From the NCBI GenBank assembly GCA_977016875.1, contig CDRNST010000274.1, positions 744,001 to 808,000 on the forward strand: a stretch of DNA of 64,000 nucleotides. The letters run 5' to 3'. Both the position numbers and the translations under genes were made by a program. The stretch comes from Pavona decussata. Its lineage: Eukaryota. Positions 1 to 13,234 of the stretch are shown piece by piece. The notes beneath the pieces are model-generated. The model was not told where the DNA came from and made no database searches. It worked only from the letters and a program-made list of their open reading frames with translations. Position 1 is the first letter of the stretch, and each line of letters opens with the position of its first letter.

Positions 1-172
1 GCTACACACAGTATCAAATGGTCGACAATAGTTTTATGCAGTCCGTCGTATAAAAACTAAAATAAAGGGGTACGTAGAGCTGTAGTTACTCTAATCACTT
101 TCACTGCCGGCCTATGACAACAATATTAAAAAACCTGACCTTGGCTGAGAGGTATCTATAACTTACAGAAAG

Positions 173-2513
173 TTACTCCTAGAAATGAAATCTCACATAG
201 CACAATAATACTGACAGTAAAATGCCATATGGTTGTTAAGAAATGAAACTCAGTAACGAAATGAAAGGGTAATTTAAACGTCTTCAGTCTTCCACCGAAA
301 CGCGTAACCAAAACCGTAATCTTCAGTAACAGTAAGTGTGTTAATTCTATCGTGCGCGCGCCAGTGACTCAAGAAGGTACAGTACATGTGATGAGGATAA
401 ATAGAGTCACCTTCAAATCCCTCAGCAGCTGAGCTAATTTTCTTATTTCCCTCTGAATTTCTTCTTGTTCGGCGGGAGTTAACACAAACTAGGGGCGAAA
501 GAAAATAGAAATGGTTAGTCAAGAATGAGTAAAAAGTTTGTAAAAACACCATTTTGCTTTCCCTGTTAACGATAACGCAATATGCCGACGTTGAATGCAA
601 GTTCGTATACTAGTGTTTGCGGTCGAGGAACCTTTGTTGAAATACTATAGGCACCTGGCTTGCAAAAACAATTTGACGTCAACAAGCTGACATCATTACC
701 AACTTGGAAAAGAGCTCGGGATCGACACTATCGAGCGTACTTCCTAATCTCTGAGCCGATTATTACTAGTAAACATAGTAATTATTGTATAAAACTCAGC
801 TAGTGGATGGTGATATTTGTGCGCTGAAACTATTGGTCACGCTTAAACACGGGACAGTATTTGCCATGCACCTACCTTATCTTCTGAAACTGTCGTGTGA
901 AAAGCATTTTGTTGGTAGGTTGGTGCTGCTCTTGTCTTTCTGAATGGTTGTCGCACGTTTCTTTTAAGCCGCCGTGGAGACCGTCTGGCGTCTTTTTTTG
1001 GTGGAGTAGGTGCCTGCCCTTTAGAACTTTCGTTTGATCCGTCTGGGCGTGTCTCCAATCCACGTGTACAAACCTTTTGTTGTCGCGGTTGAACTTGTGA
1101 TCCACAATCAGATTTCTTTGTTGTGTGCCTTCGGTTGGGCGATTTAGCCTAAGAAAATTAAAAACGTAAAAGGCATCAGTAGGTTGACAATTCAATGTGT
1201 TTGTTTTATCTAAGCGAAACAAACACTGGTCACAATACAATTGAAATTATTAGTATACTTGTTTGTCTGGGTCCAGTTGTTCAAAGGCCGGATAACTTTA
1301 TCCCGTGGATTAGTCGCTATCCGTCAGTTTCAATCTGTGCAAAGATTTCAGTATTTCCTCTACTAGAAGCGAATATGCACACTCTAACCACAGTCGGAAA
1401 ACCTTGGACAACGTTTTACGTGAAGTATATTTTAGACCCTGAATAGTGCCTTATCCAGCGGATAAAGTTATCCGGCCTTTGAACAATAGGGGCCTGGTTT
1501 TTAAAGTGCTACTGTGATCAAAACTTTACATTTCTTATTATCTTCGGTATTCCAAAGTATAGTAGGAAAGTACTACTCATACCAAAGCTTAAGTTGTAAT
1601 TCCGTCGGGAAGCTCGATTATTTCAAGCACAGTTTTCATATTCGGTTTGCCGCCATTACTCAATTCAAAAATGTCCGCGAACTGCGAACCACACGGAGAG
1701 TTGGGCCGAGCAGAATGTGACGTCATCTTATCCCTTTACTTCGCTGATAATCATCTCCATTGTCTTCAAAACTACCACTCACGTTAGAACACAAATCCAA
1801 GCCATATTCGCAAAAAATAGACAAAGAACTTGAGCATTTCGACTGCTTTTTCTCGCTTTTCGATTCCGCGAAGATGATTCGATGACGTCACGAGAGGCAA
1901 GCGGCTGCACAAAAATTTGTCGGCTCAAGTACTTGCTGTTCGAGCAATGGCGGACGCATTTTCAGTCAGCATTTTGTTGGGATAATTTGGCAGGTTGGTC
2001 TGGATTATATTTTCCTTGCATTTAAGGTCTAAAGATTATCTTGAAGCCCAAATAGTTTGTTAAAAAATTATCGATTTTCGTCGCAGTAGCACTGAATGTG
2101 GGGAAACAGTTAGACTTAATTATGTTTCAAAATCTCTGTGGTCTTATAATCTTTAAAATTGACTGGGAAATGAGCCGGTTGCCTTCCTCTCCGGTCATTC
2201 CGTCGTAGTTAGCCGCAGTGCGGCAGAAGTCTTCAATTTCCGTTTACCTGTGATCGGACTAGTTGAAGTTGAATGCAAAAAAAGTTACCTTTGGTAACTG
2301 AAAACTTCTTTTTTAGTTCTAGCTTCCCTCCAGTTACTAAAAGTAAAATACTAAGAACTCGAAGAAAGTTGGTGTCCTACGTGTGTCTGAGTTGGTACAT
2401 ACTGCATCTGTTGTTGACCTGGCAAGGCCTGGCCGGCCTGGTTTGTCTCTTGTTCGACGCTCTCGGCGTTATTCTCACGGCCTGATAACTAAAAGTAAAA
2501 ACATAAAACTTTA

Positions 2514-2572
<59 letters not shown>

Positions 2573-5500
2573 CTGATGCTTGACACTGTTCAAAGAAACG
2601 CGCTAAAACGTCTCACCGATCTGTTCAGGATACGATCGGTGGTGAGAAAAACTCCTGTGAAAATTTTAAACATAGACATGATAGACACTTATTGCTGAGT
2701 TGAAAGCATCGTTATGGACCCTATGCAAAAATGGCTGACACTTTAATATTCTTTTCTTTGTAAATGGTCTGGATGATAGCAGGCAAGTAAATATTTTTAA
2801 GAAATGGACAACAACTTTAAGTTTAAAACAAGACATGTTTCGATCGTTCAACGATCATCTTCAGTTGTGAATTCGTTTGCAAGTTCGGTTGAATTAATAC
2901 AAGCAATGACATACAAGTTAAAAGATACAATTCAAAATTTCGAAAAAAGTAACGTACAAATTTAAGATGCGCGAGACATGGAATAACACTTGCGCGAGCT
3001 CTACACTAAATACAACGAAAAAAATTGTAAAACTTGAAATAATTACAATGGTTATAACACAAAATGTTATGAAAACAAAAATATAAATATATAGATAAAA
3101 TAAACTTAAAGATTAATATCAGAACGAGAGAATTAAGTCAGCATGTTTCAGCTGCTTATTTAAAGTGGGATTCTCCCATTTGATGAGTATTGCCTCCTTA
3201 GCTTCAACATAAGTTGTAGTTTGTTGGGTGCAAAATCCACGATGGAAAAGCAAGTCTTGTTAGCATTCAAATTAGCCTTACTAAACTCGTTCTTGAGTTC
3301 AAAAATGAAAAGAATATTTCACTTTGAACGAGCCCAGTCAGGCAATTTGGATCCATACAAAAGAATATCCAAATAGTCAGCCATGTTTGCATAGGGTCTA
3401 TAATTTGGTTGCACATCAATGAAAACTAATTTTCAAAATAATAATTTTTTACACTTAGTGTCGCTTTCATACAGTGAGTGTCAAAGCAACTCGGAAATGG
3501 CTTGTTGTGTGAAACGACATTCTCGATCCTTGGCTCGCTTTCACTGTCCAAGTAAACGTGTAAAAATATTTAGTGCGCGTTTCCACAAGAAAAGCACATT
3601 TTCGAAACTTACTGAGTAGGACCTGAAACTTACTCCATTTCCCCCTTTATTTCTGAGATGATCTTTTGCTTTTCTAGCGATTTGTTGTTTTCGATACTCC
3701 TGCAGTTTCTTTGGTGTAACTATTTCGTCTTGATTAGCAAGCAAGCGATGTGGTCCTGATAGATTAACCTGCTTCATTTTGTTTTCAAGTTCAAGCAGCG
3801 TGCAATGTTCTGATTTGAATTTTTGTTCTTCTTCTTTCTTTGGCAGCGGGAAATTCTTCTGCTTTTTCTCCAGAACCGGCAACCTATTCTTGGTTTGATC
3901 ATTTCCTGCCTGTGCAGAATCATGCACTTCCTCTTGCTCTTTATGCTATGCCGGGTGGACCAACAAAGGAAAACAATTAGTCAATCATAAAATGACACGA
4001 GACGGCAATCAGTTCTTAAATGTGCTGCTGTGGTGTTACTGTTGTCAAACTGACATTTATTTTTCATCTCTTTGAGAAAATTCCTGTAAGAATATGCAGT
4101 GGATCATTTTTTTAGGCTAACTTAAAGTGAAATTGTCATGGGGATGTTGATCTCTTTGTTCTCAAACTCATTAATAATTCATCAAGAGAAAACAAAGAAA
4201 ATCACTACCGTGACCCTGGTTTGAATATGTGATCCTAATTACCATAAAATTTTGCCAACTTAGCCTTGAATTTCTCCAAGAATTATTGACCAGTTGAGAA
4301 GCCAAATCAAACACTCGAAAGTTTGTTTCATCAGATATCGAAACACCTCGAAGTCGTTTAAAAAAACTCGGCTGCACCTCGTTTTTTCAACCTACTTCTC
4401 CGTGTTTGGATATCTGATGAAACACGCTTTCTCGTGTTTGATATATTACGTGAAAATGGCTTAACAATGCCTTCATTTACTTACAACAACAGCAAAACTT
4501 TATTATATCACCAAGAGAGAAAGAAATCAACTGAACTCTTAATAGGAGCAACTCAACATCTGTTCTTAAGCATTTCTGGAAATGAAAAATGTACGAGACG
4601 GTACAACTTGAATTAAATTAGCCTAACTTTTTTCAAGTGGTAACACATTCTGACGTAGTCTATCTACGGCCAGAGACACAGCAGAATTAGCTTTAAACCT
4701 CAAACTACAGGTAAGTCTTTGGTACTATTCAATTAGCTACCAGGCTTGCAAAAGACCGTGAGAAAAAGCGGGAGACTTCTGTTGTCGCCTTATGTGGCAC
4801 TAAGCGATGATGATGATGATGATGATGGGGTACTCTATCGCTAAAAAAAGTACCCAGGGTTCCTTTCTAAATTATCGCTTAGTTTTCGCTTCACGGTCTT
4901 TGAATGTTGTGGGTCAGGCAATTCCAGCCGTGACCATCTTCCCCAGGCATTTATAATTTTGTTCATCCCCATGGTAAAGCATTTGTCATCAGAAGACTGA
5001 CAGAGGGTGGAGTATTTTTGTCGTTTTTTCCTACAGTAGGAAATTGCAGAGTTTCTGCTCGTTAACATACTATGTTTACTTCATTTATGTTATAGTCGTA
5101 AAATGTTTACTGTGGTATTCCAAATTAAGATACCGTGTTGAAGTAAGGAAATATTAAGAGCTCTGTTTTGACGATTTTATACAATTAAATACTGATTCAA
5201 TCAGTTACTTTCCTACTTGGAATTGAAATTTTTGGGGGCTTTGGACCTGACCCTCGCGTGGAGCATCTGTATCCTTTTCTAAGCTAAACTTTGTGTTTTT
5301 TTTGGCAAAACTGTGAAGTCTGTTTGACTATACCGTGGGGCATTTGCAGCTGTCCAAAGCGAAAATGACAGATGCCCGGGGAGGCTGGTCACGTATACTT
5401 TGATCGCCGTTAATTGCTGACGATCACCCGTTGCCTTTCCATACCACCACGCAGGTCTGGTAGGCAGTTGATGATCGTTAACGATTAGAGGTTTAAGTAG

Positions 5501-6014
5501 CTAAATTTGTACCTCCTTAGGATCTTCATTCTGATGATAGTCTTGATTGGCAACATTCGGAAGTGTTACTTGTTCCCCCGGCATTTTCTTCACCTCTCTT
5601 ACTTTCCTGATTGTCCCATCAGACTGAAAATAAATTGGAGCATGCAGATAATTTAGGATCCAAGGACATTAGAAAACTGAAACTGTTTGTTTTTCCCATA
5701 GCTGTAGCCGTCGTGGTTTCTCACGGTACCTCTCTGAATTGGACGCTTTGTGAAAATCGTGATAAGTGGTTGCTTAAAACTTTGCAACATATCAAGACAT
5801 CAAGTTCAAGTGTAGCAGCGTACGAGAAAAACGGTTCGGCATACCGAATACCGCACCCTAGATGACAAAACTGCTGGTATCGTAAAGAACGTGAAAAGAG
5901 GCACTTTAAATAATAACTGCTAAATGATTTCAATCCTACCAGGTCAAACTCTTCCGGTCCGAAATCTGCAGGCAGGTGCAAATTATATTGATTTCCTCTA
6001 CTTGACTTTGCCAT
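173..6014 (-). CDS. Uncharacterised multi-exon orphan gene (~284 aa; basic, low-complexity, C-terminal amphipathic helix)
   Basis: Six minus-strand exons with GT/AG boundaries, all phase 0, join into one open frame: 5940-6014 (MAKSSRGNQYNLHLPADFGPEEFDL), 5513-5623, 3634-3945, 876-1148, 411-488 (FVLTPAEQEEIQREIRKLAQLLRDLK), 173-178 (E, stop). ATG context is cacATGG with in-frame stops upstream. An acceptor at 6073-6074 implies a further 5'UTR exon. No domain recognised. Confidence 0.65.
1270..1493. mobile_element. MITE (TIR GGxCCAGTTGTTCAAAGGCCGGATAAC), CTG flanks
   Basis: ~35-bp terminal inverted repeats and GGATAA/TTATCC subrepeats. A related copy lies at ~58297-58441. Confidence 0.75.
2516..2567. 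repeat. (CT)n microsatellite
   Basis: Perfect CT dinucleotide run of ~25 units. Confidence 0.95.
2820..3210 (-). mobile_element. Penelope-like element 3' end / pseudo-LTR remnant
   Basis: Minus strand 3207-3119 reads LK-(frameshift)-KEAILIKWENPTLNKQLKHADLILSF*, typical of the GIY-YIG endonuclease C-terminus of Penelope-like elements. It is followed by an AT-rich UTR and a hammerhead motif. Confidence 0.75.
2828..2868 (-). ncRNA. Minimal type I hammerhead ribozyme (Penelope-type)
   Basis: RNA: ACAA CUGAAGA U GAUCGU-UGA-ACGAUC GAAA CAUG UC^ UUGU. Intact CUGANGA and GAAA core, 6-bp stem II, palindromic ACAUGU stem III, 4-bp stem I. Confidence 0.75.
4171..4449. mobile_element. Palindromic non-autonomous repeat
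   Basis: Internal inverted repeat TCAAACAC...TTTCATCAGATATC / GATATCTGATGAAAC...GTGTTTGA. Confidence 0.55.
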
Positions 6015-6474
6015 GTGGACTAATGGTGGGCGTCAGTTTTCCAAGATTGCTCAGCTTTCGCAAAGACTTTACCTAAATACGTAGAATGGACAATTAATGT
6101 GTATAACTTTTAAAACGTGATGGATTTATAAGCTTTTGTAACATTGTAGCGTTCATCAACCGCATTTTTATACGTAAATTGTAAACAATGGTCGACATTC
6201 ATTATAAACAGTTACTTAACAATTATTGCACGAAGTTGAGCATGATAGCGAGAATTATTAAGGCTGAGGTTTGTATTATCTACCGAGGCCGAAAGCTTTG
6301 ACAATTCTAGCTGTCGTGCAAAAAACGAATTCAAAAATTGTTTTATTATGCACACGCATGACCTTATGTTAACCAAAAAGGACACAAGAAACAAACATGC
6401 ACTGAACGACACATCAACTTGCTGAAGAAAAGCCTTTTGTCAACTTAAGTACGCTCTAAAAGTTTCCAGACCAA

Positions 6475-8213
6475 TCTTACTTTGTACGAGATCACCAGAA
6501 AGCTAAGTGGGAGATTCCAGAATACGTGTAAGCCAGTGAGAAACGAGGCAGGCGTGTTGCTTAGGACAGTAGAGAAGGAGATGCACCGGTAGGGGGAGCA
6601 CTTCCAAAGAGTGCTTAACCATGAAGAGCCGCTCAACCCGCCAGAGGTGAAGCCAAGTGACGAACTTAACATCAGGACAGGTCACATCACACGTATTGAA
6701 ATCAAGAATGCGATAAAGATGTTAAAAAACGGGAAGGCTGCAGGAGGTGACAATATTCCACCAGAGGCAATTAAGGCGGGAGGGAATACATTAGAGGAGG
6801 TTCTTCTGAACCTCTTCAACAGGATATGGAGCGAGGAGAAGATACCAGAGGAGTGGAGGAAAGGTCTGGTAATCAAGCTGCCCAAGAAAGGTGATCTGAG
6901 TTGCTGTAAAAACTGGCGTGGCATCGTGTTGCTGAACATGGCAAGTAAGGTGTTTTGCAGAGTGATCCTAGAGCGCATCAATACTGCGCTGGATGGAAAG
7001 CTGAGAGAGGAACAGGCGGGCTTCCGAGCGGGCCGAAGCTGTACGGATCAAATAGCAACACTGCGCATTATTGTAGAGCAGAGTATCGAGTGGCAGTCCT
7101 CCTTGTACATCATCTTTATAGATTTCGAAAAGGCCTTCGATATTATCAGCAGAGATGTTCTGTGGAGGTTGTTGCCGCATTATGGGATGCCTGACAAGAT
7201 AGCCACCATCATCACAGTTCTCTATGAGGGTTTCTCCGCACAGGTGATACATAATGGCCAGAAGACTCAACCATTGAATATGAGGACTGGGGTAAGGCAA
7301 GGCTGCCTGCTATCTCCCTTGCTGTTTCTGGTCGCCCTGGATTGGGTGACGAGGACAGCCTTTGACAGGAAGAGAGGAATCCAGTGGACCTTTACGACAT
7401 CGTTAGAAGACCTGGACTTTGCCGATGATCTGGCCCTACTGTCGCACAGAATACAGGATATGAGGGATAAGACACGGGCCTTGGAGGTACAAAGTGCGAA
7501 GGTAGGCCTGAAGATCAATGCCACCAAGACAAGGCTGATGCGTATTGGTACCAAACGTGGCGATGGTGTATCGGTCGCTGGGGTGCGGGTTGACGAATTG
7601 AAGTGGACGAGTTCACATACCTTGGGAGCATTGTAAGCAAGAAGGGAGGCATTAATGATGACATTCAGGCACGAATTGGAAAGGCAAGACAGGCATTTGC
7701 GATGCTAAGACCAATATGGCGATCCACGGCACTAACAACCAAGACGCCAAGCTGAGAGTCTTTGGGTCAAATGTAAAGGCGGTGCTCTTGTTTGGTTCTG
7801 AAACTTGGAGGCTGACGAAGGGACTGGAGCAGAAGCTGCAAGTGCTCATCAATAAGAGCCTGAGGAACATTTTGTGGATTTGGTGGCCTAGAAAATTCAG
7901 CAGCAAGGAGCTTTGGAGACAAACGACCGATAGAGGAAGAAATAAGACAGCGAGCTTGGTGTTGGATCGGCCACACACGCTGAGGAGACCAGATGGACAT
8001 GTATTCAAGAGGGCACTGGAGTGGAACCCGTACAGGGGAATCGAAAGAGAGGAAGACCCCAGAACATCTGGAGACGCACAAGAATGGCAGAGTTGGCGGA
8101 GAAACATCTTACGTGTAACGAGGCAAAAGGCACTGCACAAAATAGGGTTAGGTGGCGCGCTAGTTGAGGACCTATGTTTCACATAGGAACAAAGAGGATT
8201 AAGTAAGTAAGTA
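6475..8213 (+). mobile_element. RTE-clade LINE, 5'-truncated and decayed (reverse transcriptase)
   Basis: ORF 6611-7636 has RT motifs (KAAGGDNIPPE, QAGFRAGRSC, FIDFEKAFD, GVRQGCLLSP, FADDL). There is an in-frame stop before 6611, frameshifts after ~7600, and a (TAAG)n tail at 8200-8213. Confidence 0.93.
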
Positions 8214-9815
8214 CAGGTGGAAACGTTTTTTTTCCCGTCGCCATGGAGCTAATGAAATAGTTTGAGTCACAAAAATAGCATGATGTCTTTTCGGCATCCC
8301 CTTGCGTTACCCTACTTATCGTCATACCGGGAAATATTTTACGATAACTGTAATAGCCACACACATTCAGGCCAGACTCACGTTTTCTATTCTGGTTATG
8401 TAATGTCAATAAGTGTAAGATTACATTTGAATTGTCCTCGTCTAATCAAGAAAAAATATGGAAAGAGAAACAGATTAGTAAAAATTGAAATCAAAACTTT
8501 ATTTTTTTGTGAAGTTGATTTCCAGTAGCGACCTTTCTCCTCGCATAATGCTTCCACAATCAGTCAAACTAAGCGTGATTTTTTCGCCACAGGAACTTTC
8601 CAATTTCCACCGTTTAAAATGTCCAGTACTTCTTAGAAGTTATTCCTTCGATTTATCGCTTTAAAGGGGTTAGTTTTCTTTCTGAAAACGGCATATTTGA
8701 ATCTAAAACATGTAAACAACATGGCCGCGAGTTTGAAAGACAAGTGGCTATGTGACGTCACACAGATAGGGATGAGTCGATCCCGTCCCTCTCTATCCAG
8801 ATAATTGATTCTGATTGGGCCTTTATTGTTGAAGACAATGAGAACAACAGAGGGCAAATATATCCCTTCTAGGAGAGAACAAAATTTAATTCAGGTTCAA
8901 TAAGTTTATTCATTGCAATTTGTGACTACGAAGAAAAAAAACCGGAGCGCGACCGAAATTTTGACACGGTCTGTCCTGAGGGCATCCGGCATAAAAGATT
9001 TTTTCAGTCTTTTCCCTCAAAGAACCTTTAGTTTGGTTTGACAGTTTTCCTTTCTCTTGCTCTCTCTCTTTTTTTGGCAGTTTTGAATGTTCGAATGGTC
9101 GAAACGCCGTACTTTATAAATGCAAAATACCTATCAGGGAAATCTCTTGCGAGAAAATATGCCTGACAAAATAATATGATTTACACCAAGGTAAACATAT
9201 TACACAAATTAGTAACACTAGATTTTAATCCAGTATAACTCAGAACGAGCGAGGGATGAAATAACACTCTTCCTGAAATATGATAACATGTCACAGTTTC
9301 CTTTATTAATCTGTATTGATTACCTTTATTAATCTGTATTGATTACCTAGGTATTGGCAAAACAATTTTGAATTTTCGAAATTCCGTAATTATATTATCG
9401 TGCGGAGATTAGAACCAAAATCCATTGCCGTCTTGCATCATCGACTGGTCAGGCGTCCAAACGGTCGAAAACCGTGAAAAAGCATATGTTACAACTAGCA
9501 ATAAACTAAAATAACATTTAATGTTACGTTGCTTCTGGAGTGGAAGTCAAAGTGTTGATGATTCCGCAATCGTGCGTGTTTCGTTTGCAGAAACCGTTGC
9601 TAGGTGATGCGTTCATGCGGAGTTTATGAAGGATCAGGAACCGGAAAAAATGAAAGACGAAATGATTGTATTTTGTGGGCCTTACATATGAATAAAGCGC
9701 AAGGAAATGCTAATCAAGTTAATTGTCGAAGGCTTAGCAAGCCCTGAAGTAGACTTGTTCGTTAAAACGGACAAAGTCTATCACTCACGGTGCTCAAGAG
9801 GCAGATTCAGCGAAT

Positions 9816-10021
9816 GGCAGGCTTATTTTGCAGAACTCGCCGAATGCCCAACACCGAATCCATAATAGTCCTATAATGTCGGATGTCTGCCATACAACAA
9901 CTAAAAGCTAACCGTCTGTACAATCAAGCACTGATTAAGTTATGGCAGACATGGCATAAAAGGACTTCGATGGATTCGGCGTTCGGAGTTTGGCATTCGG
10001 TGATCTGCAAAATACCCCGCC
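9816..10021. mobile_element. MITE
   Basis: Imperfect TIRs GGCAGGCTTATTTTGCAGA / TCTGCAAAATACCCCGCC with CCGAAT subrepeats. Confidence 0.6.
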
Positions 10022-11659
10022 GCTCACTGTAGGGAATTTCGCGTATGTGCTTTTGTGGGTAACTGTACTGGTTAAGTATCCTCACACTCAATTACGAGCA
10101 TCCCAAATCTTCCAGATATAATATTTATACAAAACACTGATCGCCCGGCTTTTCGATTCGCTTATTAGGTAAACCAAATAAGCAAGCTTATTTATATATT
10201 GTTTCCATAAACACAAGTCAGTTCTCTTGCAATCATTCACGCTTCGGTTGAACTTTCGTCGTTTCGCTGTATTTCTGCCTGTATTTGCTCTAATATTTAC
10301 AATTCAAGGAAATATATCGTAAAATAAGTTAATTTACCTTAATAATTACAAAGAGATACCTTTTTTGCTAACTTATTAAGCCGCCATACAATGGGACAGT
10401 ATCCATTAGCGGACTCCGGTGAGCACCGTCACAAGCAGATAGCATACGGATATCCGCAATACGGATAACAATAGCATATCAATTCCTTTTCGACGTTGAT
10501 TCTGTCCGGGATAACTATTTCAGGCAAACGTTTAAAAAAGTAGTACCATGAAAATACATCGACCTACCTATTTTATAGAGATCACGAGGCTGACTTCATG
10601 TACTCAACGTCCCGCAACGTATGTTGTGTTGGCAGTTGAGTCGGTCATGATGGCATGAGCCGAGTGGCGAATGTACGTTTGCAGAGGAAAAACCAATCAC
10701 ATATTTTTCGTATTTTTAAGCGCAGTGTTCAGCAATTTGAAGAGGGAAAACAAAATGGCGAAACGTAGTGTTTAAGTCCAGCAACTTTGAAGTAGGGTTT
10801 TTTCCCGAAATTCCGTACTACTGTCTGTATCCAATCATAGACATACGGACATCAATGACATCATATAGTCAATCAGAGGGTCATTGATTATGGCCGATGA
10901 TCCGCCAATCAGTAATCGATGACCAATCGATAGACCATAAAATGTTTAGCCGTCACATCGATCTGAGGTCCGATTTGTCATTGATGACATCATTTATTAC
11001 TAACCGATATCATCGCGTATCAGTGACATCAGTATGCACGATTTTAGCTTTGTTTGTTCAGCAGAACAAACTTGATGGCACTGTCAAAATCTGTTTCCGA
11101 ATTAAAAGATTCTCCTCGGACTCCTCGTTGCTGTTTGATGTTGAACCAAACCTTCTCTGATTGGTTTTGACAACTCTAACTCTTTCAGAACCCCTTATGG
11201 TCCTTGCAGAGGTCAGTTCAATCAAACTTCGCCAGTGAACTGAACACCATCCGACCACCATCAGCCAGCCTGTGAGAACAGACGCATTTTTAATACAATG
11301 TTAAACAATCATGTCTCGAGGTTTGAGTCAGTATGCCGGTTCATGTAATAAGATTGAATCCCGTCGTCTTCCACGAACAGATGACATCGTTTCTGTCGAC
11401 GGATTTAAGAAGGAACGGATCTTCATTTTCCAGCACTTCCCTGGGGCTCCCTTCCCCAAGTATTCCTCCTTTTACCATATTTTACGCAGACCATAAAATC
11501 GATGATTCTCTTTACTGAATATCCTAGATTGTTCGCTGAAGACGGAGACTACGTAAAGACTCTCACGGCTTAAACTGACAGGGACTTTGAAAGCAATGTT
11601 CAAATCCCCCCCCCCCCCCCCCATTTGTTTTCAAGGATATTTTCAGTCTTGAAAGAAGT

Positions 11660-11945
11660 TTTTTATTCAGACTAGGAAAAAGAAAAATCTGAGTTCTATC
11701 AACAAAAGTCCAGTCAAAACTATGACCCGGCTTCCGATTAATAGTTCGGATTCTCAGCCACTTAGCTTGGTAAGAGACTTGCCGGCCGGGAGCTAGCCAT
11801 TAAACTATACAGCTAGGCGCACGTGACAACTCACGCTGCTAGGACTGATTTGAATGTCGATGAGTGGCCAGTACATGAATGAAATGATGATTTTTTTTCT
11901 TTTTCAGTTATTGACACGGTCAATTAAAGGCATACTCGGAAAATG
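11660..11945 (-). mobile_element. Degenerate tRNA-derived repeat (same family as 61155-61565)
   Basis: Shares CTTCCGATTA..AGTTCGGAT, GGGAGCTA..GCCATTAAACTA, CTGCTAGGA and GGCATACTCGGAAAA with the 61.2-61.6 kb copies. Confidence 0.6.
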
Positions 11946-12481
11946 AAATTTCTTTCACGTATATACCACTCATCGACATTTAAATTCTAGATGCGTTCAT
12001 GATGTTTGTCACATGAACCCAATTTAATGGCCTAGCTCCCCGACGAAATTTTCATAAAATTTTTCCAGTAAGTGACCGGAGAAAATGTACGGTATTTAAA
12101 TGATTCCCAAAAGGTAGATATCCTTGGTGAATCAAGCTTGCTCAGTTGATCCCTCCTCCGCATGGTACGTACACAGTCACACTGACAACAACGATCAATT
12201 AATGGTTTTGTGCATTTCGTGCCGCCCTAATCTGAGGCCCTCCAAGGGGGGTTCTGGTGTCGCTTGTCGCGTGTTTTCGAGCTTGCTTGTCGCCTGTTTC
12301 GTTCGAAAAAATGTCGCTGTCGAATTTTCGCTAGAACACCAAATGTCGCTGTAGGTACTTAAACTTTCGCGATGCGGTACCATTGAAATACATATGAAAA
12401 TATTTGCACTTAGTTGATTGTCGTTGATCAAATTTGCTGCCTGCACTGATAGTTTTAAATTATGATACTGACTGCAGATAC

Positions 12482-12868
12482 CAGGGGCACCCAACGGATC
12501 GTATCGGTAAATTATCTGTTCGGAAGGTCCTTAATCCCCTACAATTTTCTAAAGGGAATTTTCACTTTGAACTTTCGTGATATGGAAAACTTTAGGCCTA
12601 GTGTTTTCGGATTGATAAAAATGTCGTTTCGAGTGCCGAAAAAAGGTCAGCTAAGATTTTCGGAAAGGAAATAAGGCCTAAGGTTTTCGGGAAATGGACA
12701 AAGATGCCCTAGTAATTTCGAAAAGACTCAAGTTGCCCTAGAATGACCGAACAGATAAAAATATTATAGCGCGACCTGAAATGAACCAACAAAGCTTTAA
12801 AGGCACTCCAGATAGCCTAAAATAGCGTTTCAAAGGATCTGAGAGAAAACTGTCGTTGGGTGCCCCTG
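12482..12868 (+). mobile_element. MITE, TIR CAGGGGCACCCAACG, 6-bp TSD AGATAC
   Basis: Perfect 15-bp TIR; TSD at 12476-12481 and 12869-12874. Confidence 0.9.
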
Positions 12869-13234
12869 AGATACTGGTATGCTGCCTAATTTTCATATAG
12901 TCAATGTCAGTCAAGGCTACTAAGTCTTACACAGTTATTACGCATGGTCATACATAGGCAACACTCTATGGCTTACTACATGCTGATGGTTTGAACAAAG
13001 AATCAAAGGAAAATGTTAATTATCGTATGTACAGTGAAAAATGTGTCACTTTGTGCCCCTGCAATTAACTGACCATTTACAAATTTGAAGCAAGTATATG
13101 AAATCGGCGTCAAGCGCGGGAAAACGCATGCAAGCAAGTCACGATTGGTTTTGGTTTTACTTCTTACTGGTTGAGAACAGTGGCGCAAGTTTTCTTTACC
13201 AATCATGTAGTGTAACAATGCAAAACCAAATTTC

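Noticed and set aside
4414-4423. CTGATGAAAC as a hammerhead core
   Set aside because: No stem II between CUGAUGA and GAAA; it is part of a palindromic MITE arm.
4854-5030. Additional 177-nt minus-strand exon for the orphan gene
   Set aside because: Open only as a phase 2-2 exon, incompatible with the phase-0 neighbours, and I found no bridging exons. Left unresolved.
5269-5278. Second GTATCCTTTT U12 donor motif
   Set aside because: No plus-strand exon or matching branch site and acceptor nearby; probably chance.
10897-11518. Cluster of short ORFs as a gene fragment
   Set aside because: Stops in every frame within ~90 codons and no consistent exon chain.
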